This document shows positions 52,753-63,651 of a stretch of DNA of 64,000 nucleotides, piece after piece (position 1 is the stretch's first letter; each line of letters begins with the position of its first letter). The notes under the pieces are model-generated. The model saw only the letters and a program-made list of their open reading frames with translations. It did not search any database and was not told the DNA's origin. The DNA is taken from positions 64,001 to 128,000 of the forward strand of contig JBBQSO010000002.1 of NCBI GenBank assembly GCA_038213805.1, written 5' to 3'. This DNA is from Planctomycetota bacterium (GTDB lineage: Bacteria; Planctomycetota; UBA11346). The position numbers and the translations under genes were made by a program.

Positions 52753-52837
52753 ATTCCTTGCTGATTCCCCATTAACTTCCCCCTGCCATCCCCATGGCGC
52801 ATGCCCGCCAAGCCCATCTAATTCCGCGGAGGTCGCC

Positions 52838-53377
52838 ATGCACATCGTCATCGTCCCCGGCACCAACCGCGCCGGCGCGGTCTCCCTCACCCTCGCGGGC
52901 CTGCTCGCCGCGGATTACGCCGCGCTCGGCTGCAGCGTCGACCTGCTCGCCCTCGAGCTCGGGCCGGAGTTTCTCGCGCCCACCGCCTACAAGCAGCCGA
53001 CGCCGGGCATCACCACCATGGTCGGGCGCTTCCTCGCGGCCGATGGCGTGGTCTTCGTCATTCCCGAATACAACGGCAGCTATCCGGGCGTGCTGAAGCT
53101 GTTCACCGACATGCTGCCCTATCCCCAGGGCTTCGATCGCCGCCCCTGCGCCTTCGTCGGCATCGGCGCGGGGCAGTTCCAGGGGCTGCGCGCGGTCGAG
53201 CACTTCCAGGGCGTGGCAGGTTACCGCAACGCTCACATGTACCCCAACCGCGTCTTTCTCGGTGCCGGCAAGGAGCTCTTCACCGAGGGCCGGCTGACCG
53301 ACACCAAGCTCGCGGAGCGCCTCAAGGCGCAGGCGACCGGCTTCGTGAAGTTCGCTGGGGCGATCAAGGGCGCGTGA
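52838..53377 (+). CDS. NAD(P)H-dependent FMN reductase
   Basis: GTNRAGAVS, PEYNGSYPGVLK, GLRAVEH; GGAGG RBS. Confidence 0.92.
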   Translation: MHIVIVPGTNRAGAVSLTLAGLLAADYAALGCSVDLLALELGPEFLAPTAYKQPTPGITTMVGRFLAADGVVFVIPEYNGSYPGVLKLFTDMLPYPQGFDRRPCAFVGIGAGQFQGLRAVEHFQGVAGYRNAHMYPNRVFLGAGKELFTEGRLTDTKLAERLKAQATGFVKFAGAIKGA

Positions 53378-53844
53378 GCGGACCGCGCCCACTGATCGTC
53401 GCTGGCTGCCTGGTCACGGCCTTCGTGCCGGCTCTCGGCGGGTTCTGGGCGCAGCCCGATGCGTGGTTCGCTGGGCTCGCTCGACCGCCGCTGACGCCGC
53501 CCGATTGGGTGTTCGGTCCAGTGTGGACGCTGCTCTACGCAAGCATCGGCGTCGCCCTGGCGCTGGTCGTCGCCCTGCCGCCGGCGCAGCGGGCGCGCGA
53601 CTGGGCGGTGGCCTTCGCCGCCCAGTGGCTGCTCAACCTGCTCTGGACCCCGGTGTTCTTCGGCCTGCACCGGCCCGGTCTCGCGCTGGTGGTGATCGTG
53701 CTGCTGCTCGCCGCCATCGCCGCGACGATCTGGCGCTTCGCGCGCAGTCGGCCCATGGCCGGGGCGCTGCTCGCGCCGTACGCGGCGTGGGTCGCGTTCG
53801 CGACCTACCTCAATGCGGGTTATGCAGCGCTCAACCCAGGGTGA
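53374..53844 (+). CDS. tspO: TspO/MBR tryptophan-rich sensory protein
   Basis: PPLTPPDWVFGPVWTLLY, LNLLWTPVFFG, PYAAWVAFATYLN. Confidence 0.95.
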   Translation: MSGPRPLIVAGCLVTAFVPALGGFWAQPDAWFAGLARPPLTPPDWVFGPVWTLLYASIGVALALVVALPPAQRARDWAVAFAAQWLLNLLWTPVFFGLHRPGLALVVIVLLLAAIAATIWRFARSRPMAGALLAPYAAWVAFATYLNAGYAALNPG

Positions 53845-53895
53845 CGCCACGAGCGTGCGCGACGCTCACGCGTTGCGCGCCGGTGATGTGCGCGC

Positions 53896-54786
53896 TCAGT
53901 AGGTGAACGACGCCGAGATCCCCTGCTTGATCACGATGGTCATGGTCATGGGCTTGCCCTGCATGTCGCCGGCGCAATCGAAGTTGGCGTCCATGGACAT
54001 GCTCTGGCTGAGGCTGCGCTTGCTGACGTCGACCGGGAAAAGCCCGGTGAAGTGCCCGGTGAAGCTGCCCTTGGTGACGCTCATCCCGGGCGGCAACGGC
54101 ATCGCGACCTTGCCGAGTTCCATGACGGCGCTGATGCGCAGGGCCGGCGCGCTGCCGCCCGGGACCAGCTCGACCACGCTGGTCTTGCCCGTGAAATCGG
54201 CGGGGTCGACCTGCAACTTCCCCTCCTTGACCAGGTCCGCCACGGCGGCGGCGCCGTCGACGGGCCAGCTGTCGCCCACCGCGCGCCGGGTGGTGCTGCC
54301 GAAGATCTGATCGTCGTTCCGGTTCTTCGGATTGCTCATGTGGATCACCACTTCAAGGGCCTGGGCGAGCTCCGGCGCGGCTGCGGCGCCATTGATGCTG
54401 TAGACGGCCTTGCCAGCGCTGCTGTCGGCCTTGATCACCGTGCCCTTGGGCAGCAGCTCGCCGGGCACTCCCGCGCGGGTCACCGCAGAGGTGGTAACGG
54501 TGAAAGCGGTGGTGATCTCGCGCCCATCCGCCGAGATCGCCAGGACCTCCGCCTGCGCGGACAGCTCAGCCGCGATCACCTGATCGCGCGCCGGCTGCGG
54601 CGCCCCGGCCAGGGTCATGGTCATGTGTTGTTCCATGGCGCCTTTGCTGACCACGGCATAGTGGTCGCCGACCTTGGCGGTGCGGGCCAGCTTGATCTCG
54701 TAATCCGCCGCCTGGGCGGGCACGACCGCAACAGCGAGCAGGAGCAGGGCGAGTGCAGGGCAGCGCAGGATGGCGGTGGGAGACAT
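53896..54786 (-). CDS. Hypothetical secreted beta-rich protein
   Basis: Signal peptide (AQA-A), GAGG RBS, VGDSW motif. Confidence 0.7.
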   Translation of the reverse strand: MSPTAILRCPALALLLLAVAVVPAQAADYEIKLARTAKVGDHYAVVSKGAMEQHMTMTLAGAPQPARDQVIAAELSAQAEVLAISADGREITTAFTVTTSAVTRAGVPGELLPKGTVIKADSSAGKAVYSINGAAAAPELAQALEVVIHMSNPKNRNDDQIFGSTTRRAVGDSWPVDGAAAVADLVKEGKLQVDPADFTGKTSVVELVPGGSAPALRISAVMELGKVAMPLPPGMSVTKGSFTGHFTGLFPVDVSKRSLSQSMSMDANFDCAGDMQGKPMTMTIVIKQGISASFTY

Positions 54787-54935
54787 GGTGAATCCTCGGG
54801 CGGTTGGGATGGACGGCAGCACGCGTGGCAGGTTCACAAGCGCAGCCGCAGGTCATAGCGGCCGCCCCTGGCTGGCAATGCGCAAGCCGGCCGACGCCGC
54901 TGGAGCGGCGCCACGCCGCACCATACTCCCCGCCC

Positions 54936-56751
<1,816 letters not shown>

Positions 56752-56771
<20 letters not shown>

Positions 56772-56897
56772 TGGCTGGCGGCTGGCGGCGGACGTGGCGC
56801 CTGTCAGTCCCTCACACGTTAATGGGCAGCCGCTCTGATCTCCATGCTCACCATGACGACGATCCGCCAGCTGTCAGCCGCCAGCCGCCAGCCGCCA
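56752..56897. repeat. Inverted pair of GGCTGAT/GGCTGGC heptamer arrays
   Basis: 56752-56786 forward (contains mnmG stop); GCCAGCC-type 56866-56897. Confidence 0.88.
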
Positions 56898-57013
56898 CCA
56901 GGGGTGACCCCGCCGCCCTCGCGCCCCCCCTCCTGATCCCAGATCCCGATGTATACTGGTGCATCGCCAGCGCGGCATGACGCCACGCCCGGACGAGCAA
57001 GGACCGACCCCCC

Positions 57014-57679
57014 ATGGACAATGTGAAGTCTGAACCCAACTCCTGGCGCATGTTCCGCATCATGGGCGAGTTCGCGGCCGGGTTCCAGACGCTCAGCGAG
57101 ATCCCTTCGGGCATTACCATCTTCGGTTCGGCGCGCACCAAGCCCGGCCACCCCTATTACGAGGCCGCCGCCGCCATCGGCGAGGCCGCGGTCGGGCGCG
57201 GCTTCCCGGTCATCACCGGCGGCGGCCCGGGCATCATGGAGGCCGGCAACCGCGGCGCAAAGCGCGCCTACGGCACCAGCGTCGGTCTGGCCATCAACCT
57301 GCCCATGGAGCAGAGCTCCAACCCCTACATCACCGTCGAGGTCAAGTTCCACTACTTCTTCGTGCGCAAGGTGATGTTCCTCAAGCATTGCTGCGCGGTG
57401 GTGGTGATGCCCGGCGGTTTCGGCACCCTCGACGAGATGTTCGAGGTCCTGACGCTGGTGCAGACCCACAAGATCGCGCCCATGCCGATCGTGCTCTACG
57501 GCCGCGCCTTCTGGAGCGGGCTGATCGACTGGATCAAGGCCACCATGGAGGACCGCGAAGGCTACATCAGCCACGGCGATCTCGACCTGGTGACCATCGT
57601 CGACAGCGTCGAGGAGGCCATGGCGGCGCTCGCCCACGTGCACCCCGAGAAGCCGAAGCCGCTCATCGCCGGCCAGTAG
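57014..57679 (+). CDS. LOG family protein (TIGR00730 Rossmann fold)
   Basis: IFGSAR, TGGGPGIMEA, YFFVRK, PGGFGTLDE. Confidence 0.93.
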   Translation: MDNVKSEPNSWRMFRIMGEFAAGFQTLSEIPSGITIFGSARTKPGHPYYEAAAAIGEAAVGRGFPVITGGGPGIMEAGNRGAKRAYGTSVGLAINLPMEQSSNPYITVEVKFHYFFVRKVMFLKHCCAVVVMPGGFGTLDEMFEVLTLVQTHKIAPMPIVLYGRAFWSGLIDWIKATMEDREGYISHGDLDLVTIVDSVEEAMAALAHVHPEKPKPLIAGQ

Positions 57680-57860
57680 GCGGCGGCGCGCGCCGACCCA
57701 GCATCCTCATTCGGGCCCGGGGAGGATGTACCGCAGAGCCTGCAGGTGACCCACAACGGTGTTCCCATACGCCGAGCGCATGCCTGGATGTGCCTCGGGA
57801 CTGGCGGTTGTGCTTCCCGGCTGCGGCCGATCATCGGCGCCCCCCGACGGAAGCTCTCCC

Positions 57861-59069
57861 ATGGCCCAGCCCGGCGCCCCCAAGACCACCGAGATCGCGC
57901 ATTCCGACCCGGCCGTCGAGAACGCCCAGTTGATCTTCCGCGACGCGTGGGCGGCCCTCGAGTCCAGCGTGGGGCGGCAGAACCTGCGCTTCCCGAAGGA
58001 GATCATCTGGCTGAACGGCGCGCCCGGTTCGGGCAAGGGCACCAACACCCCGTTCATCCTGCGCGAGCGCGGCATCACCGCCAAGCCGGTGGTCACCAGC
58101 GAGCTGCTCAACACCGACGAGGCCCAGGCGATCAAGGCCGCCGGCAACCTGGTCAGCGACCAGGTGGTGGTCGCCCTGCTGTTCCGCAAGCTGCTCGACC
58201 CGACCTACCTCAACGGTGTGATCGTCGACGGCTTCCCGCGCACGCGCGTGCAGTGCGAGTGCCTCAAGCTGCTCTACCAGAAGATGCTTGAGCTGCGCAA
58301 GGAGTTCTACGGCAGTGCGCTCGGCCAGCACTTCCCGCAGCCGGTGTTCCGCATCACCGTGCTCTACGTCGAGGAACACGAATCGGTGGAGCGCCAGCTC
58401 AAGCGCGGCCGCCAGATCATCGCGCACAACCAGCGCATCCGTGACACCGGCGTCGGCGAACTGCTCGAAGAGCGCGCCACCGACACCAACGAAGAGGCCT
58501 GCCGCAAGCGCTACCGCATCTTCAAGGAGCAGGCGCTGGAGGCGCTGCAGTCGCTCAAGAAGACCTTCCACTACCACCTGGTCAACGCCCAGGCCGACGT
58601 CGCGACGGTCGAGCGCAACATCATCCACGAGTTCCAGTACCAGAGCACGCTCGAGCTCGACGACGAGACCCTCGACTCGATCAACCACATCCCGCTCGCC
58701 AGCGACATCGTGCTCAACGCGCGTCAGCTGCTGGTGCGCCGCCTCGACTCCTACCAGCGCGAGCACACCGCGCTGTTCAAGCAGGTGAACTATGTGATCG
58801 AGCACGAGTTCATGCCGGTGATCAGCATCCATTCGATCAGCGGCCGCGCCGAGATCGCCAGCGAGAACCCGCTCTTCGCCCAGCCGATGGCCCTGCTCAT
58901 GCTGCTCGACGTGTTCAACGAGCGCGGCTATTACGCGGTCGGCTTCACCGAGACCAAGGACATCCCCGCGCGCATCGACCTGGCCACCGGCGAGATCACC
59001 TGCCGCAGGAAGCCGGTGTACCGCTTCTCGATCCGCTTCCAGGGGTCGGTGATCCGGCGCGGCAACTGA
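57861..59069 (+). CDS. Atypical long adenylate/nucleoside monophosphate kinase
   Basis: GAPGSGKGT P-loop, GNLVSD, VDGFPRT; long extra N- and C-terminal regions. Confidence 0.85.
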   Translation: MAQPGAPKTTEIAHSDPAVENAQLIFRDAWAALESSVGRQNLRFPKEIIWLNGAPGSGKGTNTPFILRERGITAKPVVTSELLNTDEAQAIKAAGNLVSDQVVVALLFRKLLDPTYLNGVIVDGFPRTRVQCECLKLLYQKMLELRKEFYGSALGQHFPQPVFRITVLYVEEHESVERQLKRGRQIIAHNQRIRDTGVGELLEERATDTNEEACRKRYRIFKEQALEALQSLKKTFHYHLVNAQADVATVERNIIHEFQYQSTLELDDETLDSINHIPLASDIVLNARQLLVRRLDSYQREHTALFKQVNYVIEHEFMPVISIHSISGRAEIASENPLFAQPMALLMLLDVFNERGYYAVGFTETKDIPARIDLATGEITCRRKPVYRFSIRFQGSVIRRGN

Positions 59070-59070
59070 C

Positions 59071-59835
59071 ATGCGCTGCTATACCTGGAACGTCAACGGC
59101 ATCCGCGCGGTGGCCAAGAAGAACCTGCTGCCTTGGTCTGTGCTCGGCGACGGCGACGTCATCTGCCTGCAGGAGACCAAAGCCAAGGTCGAGCAGCTTG
59201 ACCCCACGCTGGCCGCGCCGGAGGGCTGGCACAGCTTCTGGCACTCGGCGGCCAAGCCCGGCTACAGCAGCGTGGCGATCATCAGCCGCATCAAGCCGGA
59301 TGAGGTGGTGGGTGGTATCGGCGACGAGCAGTTCGATTGCGAAGGCCGCGTACTGGCGGCACGCTTCGGCACCCTGGTGGTGATCTCTGCCTACTTCCCG
59401 AACAGCCGCGAAGCGGGCTTGCGGCTGCCGTACAAGCTCGCCTTCTGCGCGCGGCTCGAGGCCTACCTGGCGGAGTGGCGCGCCAAGGGCTGCGAGGTGC
59501 TGCTGATGGGCGACTACAACATCGCGCACCAGCCCATCGATCTGGCGCGGCCCAAGGACAACGCCAAGAACGCCGGCTACCTGCCGGACGAGCGCGCCTG
59601 GATGACGCGCTACCTGGGCCTGGGCTACCACGACGTCTTCCGCGAGGCCAATCCCGACCTGGTCGGCGCCTACACCTGGTGGACCGCGTGGGGCGGCGCG
59701 CGTGACCGCAACGTCGGGTGGCGCATCGATCTCGGCACGGTCAGCCCCGGCCTGCGAGGGCGCGTGCAGGGCAGCCAGATCCATCCCGAGATTCTCGGCA
59801 GCGACCACTGCCCGGTCAGCGTCGAGCTGACCTGA
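59071..59835 (+). CDS. xth: Exodeoxyribonuclease III / AP endonuclease
   Basis: WNVNGIRA, CLQETK, EGR, YFPN, GDYNIAH, YTWW, GWRID, GSDHCP. Confidence 0.97.
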   Translation: MRCYTWNVNGIRAVAKKNLLPWSVLGDGDVICLQETKAKVEQLDPTLAAPEGWHSFWHSAAKPGYSSVAIISRIKPDEVVGGIGDEQFDCEGRVLAARFGTLVVISAYFPNSREAGLRLPYKLAFCARLEAYLAEWRAKGCEVLLMGDYNIAHQPIDLARPKDNAKNAGYLPDERAWMTRYLGLGYHDVFREANPDLVGAYTWWTAWGGARDRNVGWRIDLGTVSPGLRGRVQGSQIHPEILGSDHCPVSVELT

Positions 59836-59848
59836 GCGGCGGCGCGCG

Positions 59849-60346
59849 ATGACCGCGGCCCCGACCCTGCGCACCGCCACGGCCGCCGATCTGCCGGCGA
59901 TCAGCGCAATCTACAACCACTATGTGCGCACCTCGACCGCCACGTACCAGCTTGCCGAAGAAACGCCCGCGGAGCGCGCCGCGTGGTTCGCCGCGCACGG
60001 GCCCGGTCACGCGGTGACGGTCTGCGTCGCCGACGGCGCGGTCGTCGCCTGGGCCTCGCTGTCCCCCTTCCACCCGCGCGCCGCCTTCGCACGCACGGTC
60101 GAGGATTCGCTCTACGTCCATCCCACGCACCTGCGCCGCGGCCTTGGCCGGCTGCTGCTGACTGATCTCATCGGGCGCGCCCGCGCCACCGGCGCGCACA
60201 GCATCATCGCCGCGATCTCCGCCGATCAGGTTGCGAGCCTGGAGCTGCACCGCGCCCACGGTTTCAGCCCCTGCGGCACCTTGCGCGAAGCCGGCCGGAA
60301 ATTCGACCGCTGGCTCGATCTGGCGTATTGGCAACTGCGGCTCTGA
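59849..60346 (+). CDS. GNAT N-acetyltransferase (PAT/YncA-like)
   Basis: AIYNHYV, TVEDSLYV, RRGLGR, SLELH, GRKFDRWLD. Confidence 0.92.
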   Translation: MTAAPTLRTATAADLPAISAIYNHYVRTSTATYQLAEETPAERAAWFAAHGPGHAVTVCVADGAVVAWASLSPFHPRAAFARTVEDSLYVHPTHLRRGLGRLLLTDLIGRARATGAHSIIAAISADQVASLELHRAHGFSPCGTLREAGRKFDRWLDLAYWQLRL

Positions 60347-60463
60347 GGGCAGGGCAGCGCCCCGCGCCTGCGGTCCGCTTCGTGATCGTCTCGCATCTGC
60401 CGACCTCGCATCACCAGGACGCCCGCGGTCCAGCGGAAGATCACCATGCAGTGCGACGTCTGC

Positions 60464-60748
60464 CCAGAGCGCCAACGGCGCGACCAGCGGACAGCCCAGG
60501 GCCAAGCCCTGGGCTCGCTGTGATAAAAAGATTTCAGAGCCCTGAATGGGCGGCCAACGGCGCTGCACCTTGCGAGCCCGGTGCTGCACCTGCGAGCGCT
60601 CCATGCCACGAGAATGCGCTCGCGAGTGGCTGTTCTTCGTCGACGTCGAACGATATGAATCGCCCCTTCAGGGCTCAGAATCGTTATTATTGTTCTACCC
60701 AGGGCTTCGCCCTGGGCTGGCTTTCTGACCGCGCCGTTGGCGCTCTGG
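60464..60748. mobile_element. Palindromic REPIN/MITE-like non-autonomous element
   Basis: Three nested inverted segments: 60464-60482/60730-60748, 60492-60513/60698-60719, 60537-60552/60661-60676; mobility is inferred. Confidence 0.65.
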
Positions 60749-60851
60749 ACAAGCGACCGGTGCGATCCGCAGTCTGCGAAGCGTTCCCCGACTCGCGGAT
60801 CATGGACCTGGTTCAATGTTCCAGGGCCCGGGGACCGGAAACCACTTTCTC

Positions 60852-60893
60852 GGGTCTAGGGTCTAGGGTCTAGCACCTAGCGCCTAGCTCCCA
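60852..60893. repeat. Heptamer array GGGTCTA x3 then GC(A/G)CCTA-type
   Basis: Immediately past the cupin gene stop. Confidence 0.85.
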
Positions 60894-60898
60894 GCACT

Positions 60899-61384
60899 TC
60901 AGCGCCCGCCTTCCTTCACCGCCCGCCAATCCCTGCCGTCGTAGGCCGGCGCGAAGATCTCGTAGAACTGGCTGCCCGCATCCGCGGTGTTCTCCAACGA
61001 GTGCGCCGAACCGCGCGGAATGGTGATCACGTCACCAGGTCCGTAGCGGAAATTCCGCGCGCCCAGGCGCGCCCACCCGCTACCAGCGGCGACGATCAGG
61101 GTACGATCGTGATGATCGTGCACATGCGCGGCCTCCTCCTTGCGCAGCAGCAGGGCGTGGGTGCTTGACCCGGCCTCGCTGTGCACCAGGCGCCGCGCGA
61201 AGGGATCCGCGCGCTCCTGGTCGGTCCACTCGGCCTCGGGCTGGATGTGCTCCGGGGTGATCAGGCGCAGGTGCACATCGCCACAGCCTGCGACCAGGGC
61301 GAGCGCAGCGCCCACACCCACAGGACGGGCCCAGCCCGCCAGGTTTCGGACGATACGCGCGGCAGAGCGGACGATGGATTCCAT
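60899..61384 (-). CDS. Cupin domain lipoprotein
   Basis: VAGC lipobox; HVHDHHD, GPGDVITIPRGSAH; start uncertain. Confidence 0.8.
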   Translation of the reverse strand: MESIVRSAARIVRNLAGWARPVGVGAALALVAGCGDVHLRLITPEHIQPEAEWTDQERADPFARRLVHSEAGSSTHALLLRKEEAAHVHDHHDRTLIVAAGSGWARLGARNFRYGPGDVITIPRGSAHSLENTADAGSQFYEIFAPAYDGRDWRAVKEGGR

Positions 61385-61633
61385 GGTCGCCTTATCGCCA
61401 TCCACCCCACCTCGGCAACGTGCATGTTCGCGGCCGGCGCCCTTGTCCCGTCCCCGCGTACCTCATTCCCATCACCGTGGCCCTCCCCGAGGGCCCCTCC
61501 CCCGCAGCTCCCAGCAGCGCACCGAGCGTCTCGCTTCGCGACTCGACGCTCGCAGCAGGAGGTTTATTCCATGCGCTTAGGGTCTGAATTCACCCCCATT
61601 CGCCATTTCCCTCATCCCCGTTATCCTTCCATC

Positions 61634-62236
61634 ATGCGCGTCGCGATCCTCGATTACCAGGCCGGCAACCTGACCTCGGTGCAGCGCGCCCTGGCCCACC
61701 TCGGCCAGGACGCCCAGGTCACCGCGCGACCCGATGAGGTCGCTCAGGCCGATCGCGTGATCTTCCCTGGCGTCGGTGCCGCCGGCAGCTGCATGGCCAA
61801 CCTGCGCGCTGCCGGCCTGGACCAGGCGCTGCGCGAGGTCATCGCCGCCGGCCGCCCCCTGCTGTGCATCTGCGTTGGCATGCAGCTGCTGTTCGATTCC
61901 AGCGAAGAGGACGGCGGCGTCGCCTGCCTCGGCCTGCTGCCCGGCGCGGTGCGCCGCTTCCGCCCGGCGGATCCGACCATCAAGGTGCCGCACATGGGCT
62001 GGAACCCGGTCACCCTGCGCGATCCGCTCGGCGCCGGCATCGCGCTGGACAGCCCGTTCTATTTCGTGCACAGCTACTACTGCGACCCCGGCCCGGGTGT
62101 CGAGGTCATCGCGACCAGCGTGCACGGCCAGGAGTTCTGCGCCGGCGTGCGGCGCGGCAATCTCGCCGCCTTCCAGTTCCATCCCGAGAAGAGCGGGGCG
62201 GTCGGGCTGAAGCTGCTGGCGAACTTCCTGGCCTGA
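61634..62236 (+). CDS. hisH: Imidazole glycerol phosphate synthase glutaminase subunit
   Basis: DYQAGNLTSV, FPGVG, CICVGMQ, VPHMGWN, YFVHSY, QFHPEKS. Confidence 0.97.
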   Translation: MRVAILDYQAGNLTSVQRALAHLGQDAQVTARPDEVAQADRVIFPGVGAAGSCMANLRAAGLDQALREVIAAGRPLLCICVGMQLLFDSSEEDGGVACLGLLPGAVRRFRPADPTIKVPHMGWNPVTLRDPLGAGIALDSPFYFVHSYYCDPGPGVEVIATSVHGQEFCAGVRRGNLAAFQFHPEKSGAVGLKLLANFLA

Positions 62237-62246
62237 GCGGCGGTCC

Positions 62247-62690
62247 TCAGTCGCTGCTGCTCGACGACGAGCCGCCGCTGTCACTCGAAGAGCCGCCGCT
62301 GTCGCTCGAGAAGCTGCCGCCATCGCTCGCTGGGCTGCTGTCGCATGATGACGAGCCGCCGCTGTCGCTGGCACCGCCTGCGGCATCACCACCGTAATGG
62401 CCGTGGCCGTGATCGTGGCCGTGGCCGTGATGATGACCGTGACCGTGGTGCTGTCCCTGGTCGTGACCCGTACCGGACTGATGGCCCGGCTCCGCGGAGA
62501 CGCCATCCGTCCGCTGGCTCGGCCATCCCCCATTGCCCTCGCCGGACATCACCTGAAAGGCGGGCGCGACCCCATCGTCGTCGATACCGCGGCGCCGCCG
62601 TCGCTCCGGACGCGACGCGGGTCTGCGGAAGAACATGATGATCGCCGTCAGGAAAACGACCCCGACGGCGAGAATGAAAACGAGGTCCAT
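62247..62690 (-). CDS. Small membrane-anchored protein with His-rich and Ser/Gly/Asp-rich tail
   Basis: N-terminal [25 protein letters not shown], (DSGGSSS)n. Confidence 0.7.
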   Translation of the reverse strand: MDLVFILAVGVVFLTAIIMFFRRPASRPERRRRRGIDDDGVAPAFQVMSGEGNGGWPSQRTDGVSAEPGHQSGTGHDQGQHHGHGHHHGHGHDHGHGHYGGDAAGGASDSGGSSSCDSSPASDGGSFSSDSGGSSSDSGGSSSSSSD

Positions 62691-62748
62691 GTGCGGATCC
62701 GGCGTGAGGCGGACGCGCCGATGCTACCAGCCACGGCGGCGCTGTCGA

Positions 62749-63651
62749 TCACTCCCGCGGCAGCCCGAGCTGCAACAGCACGGCGTCGCCCAGGCGCTCG
62801 AGCAGGTCCGCGGGCGACCTGCCCCCATGCCCGTGCGCCGACCAGCACAGCGCGTCGACGGACGCGCGCAGGTCCGCCTTGCCCTGAATCACCAGATCGC
62901 CGGGCTGCGGGCTGTCGGCCCCCGGCACGTGCGGCTGCAGTGAGACGTCGGGCGGCTGCAGATAGAGCACCAGGTCGGCCCAGCGCCGCGCGGCCACGAC
63001 CAGCTCCTGGCCGGCCTGCTCGAGCGGATCGGCGGTCGGTCGCAGCCCGGCCGAATCGACCAGCCGCAGGCGCCAGCCGCCGACCAGGGCGTGGGCGGCG
63101 ACCAGGTCGCGGGTGGTGCCAGGGATGGCGCTGACCAGCGCGCGCTGCCGTCCGCACCAGGCATTGAGCAAGGTGCTCTTCCCGGCATTGGCAGGCCCGG
63201 TGATCAGCACCACCGGCGCGCGCATCAGCAGGCCGGTGGGAAACGGTGGCGGGACGCCGGGATGGGCGAGCAGCCAGCGCACCGCGGCCGGACTGGCGGC
63301 GCGCGCCAGGTCGGGCCAGGAGGCTAGACGGGCGCCAGCTACGTCGCCGGCCAACCCCAGGCCGCTCACCGCCCAGGGCGCCTCGACCAGTCCATGCCCC
63401 GCCAAACAGGCGGTGACCGCCGCACGCACGCCCGGCCCACCATGGGTGGTGAGCTCGATCACGTCGGCAGTGAGACGCACGAGCACCACCTCGTCGATCG
63501 CCGCGCCGGCGCGATCGCGCAAGCGGGTGACGCAGGCGCCGCCAGGCTCGGGCAGGACGCGCGCGATCAGGCCGGGCAGGGCCGGGCAGCGCAGCACCGC
63601 CAGCGCCGCGGGTTCGGGTGGGGTCAGCCAGGTGTAGGTGCCGACGCTCAC
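62749..63651 (-). CDS. mnmE: Shortened MnmE/TrmE-like GTPase
   Basis: TPPEPAALAVLR, IDEVV, ELTTHGG; G1 GPANAGKS, G2 PGTTRD, G3 DSAG, G4 GKAD. Confidence 0.8.
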   Translation of the reverse strand: MSVGTYTWLTPPEPAALAVLRCPALPGLIARVLPEPGGACVTRLRDRAGAAIDEVVLVRLTADVIELTTHGGPGVRAAVTACLAGHGLVEAPWAVSGLGLAGDVAGARLASWPDLARAASPAAVRWLLAHPGVPPPFPTGLLMRAPVVLITGPANAGKSTLLNAWCGRQRALVSAIPGTTRDLVAAHALVGGWRLRLVDSAGLRPTADPLEQAGQELVVAARRWADLVLYLQPPDVSLQPHVPGADSPQPGDLVIQGKADLRASVDALCWSAHGHGGRSPADLLERLGDAVLLQLGLPRE

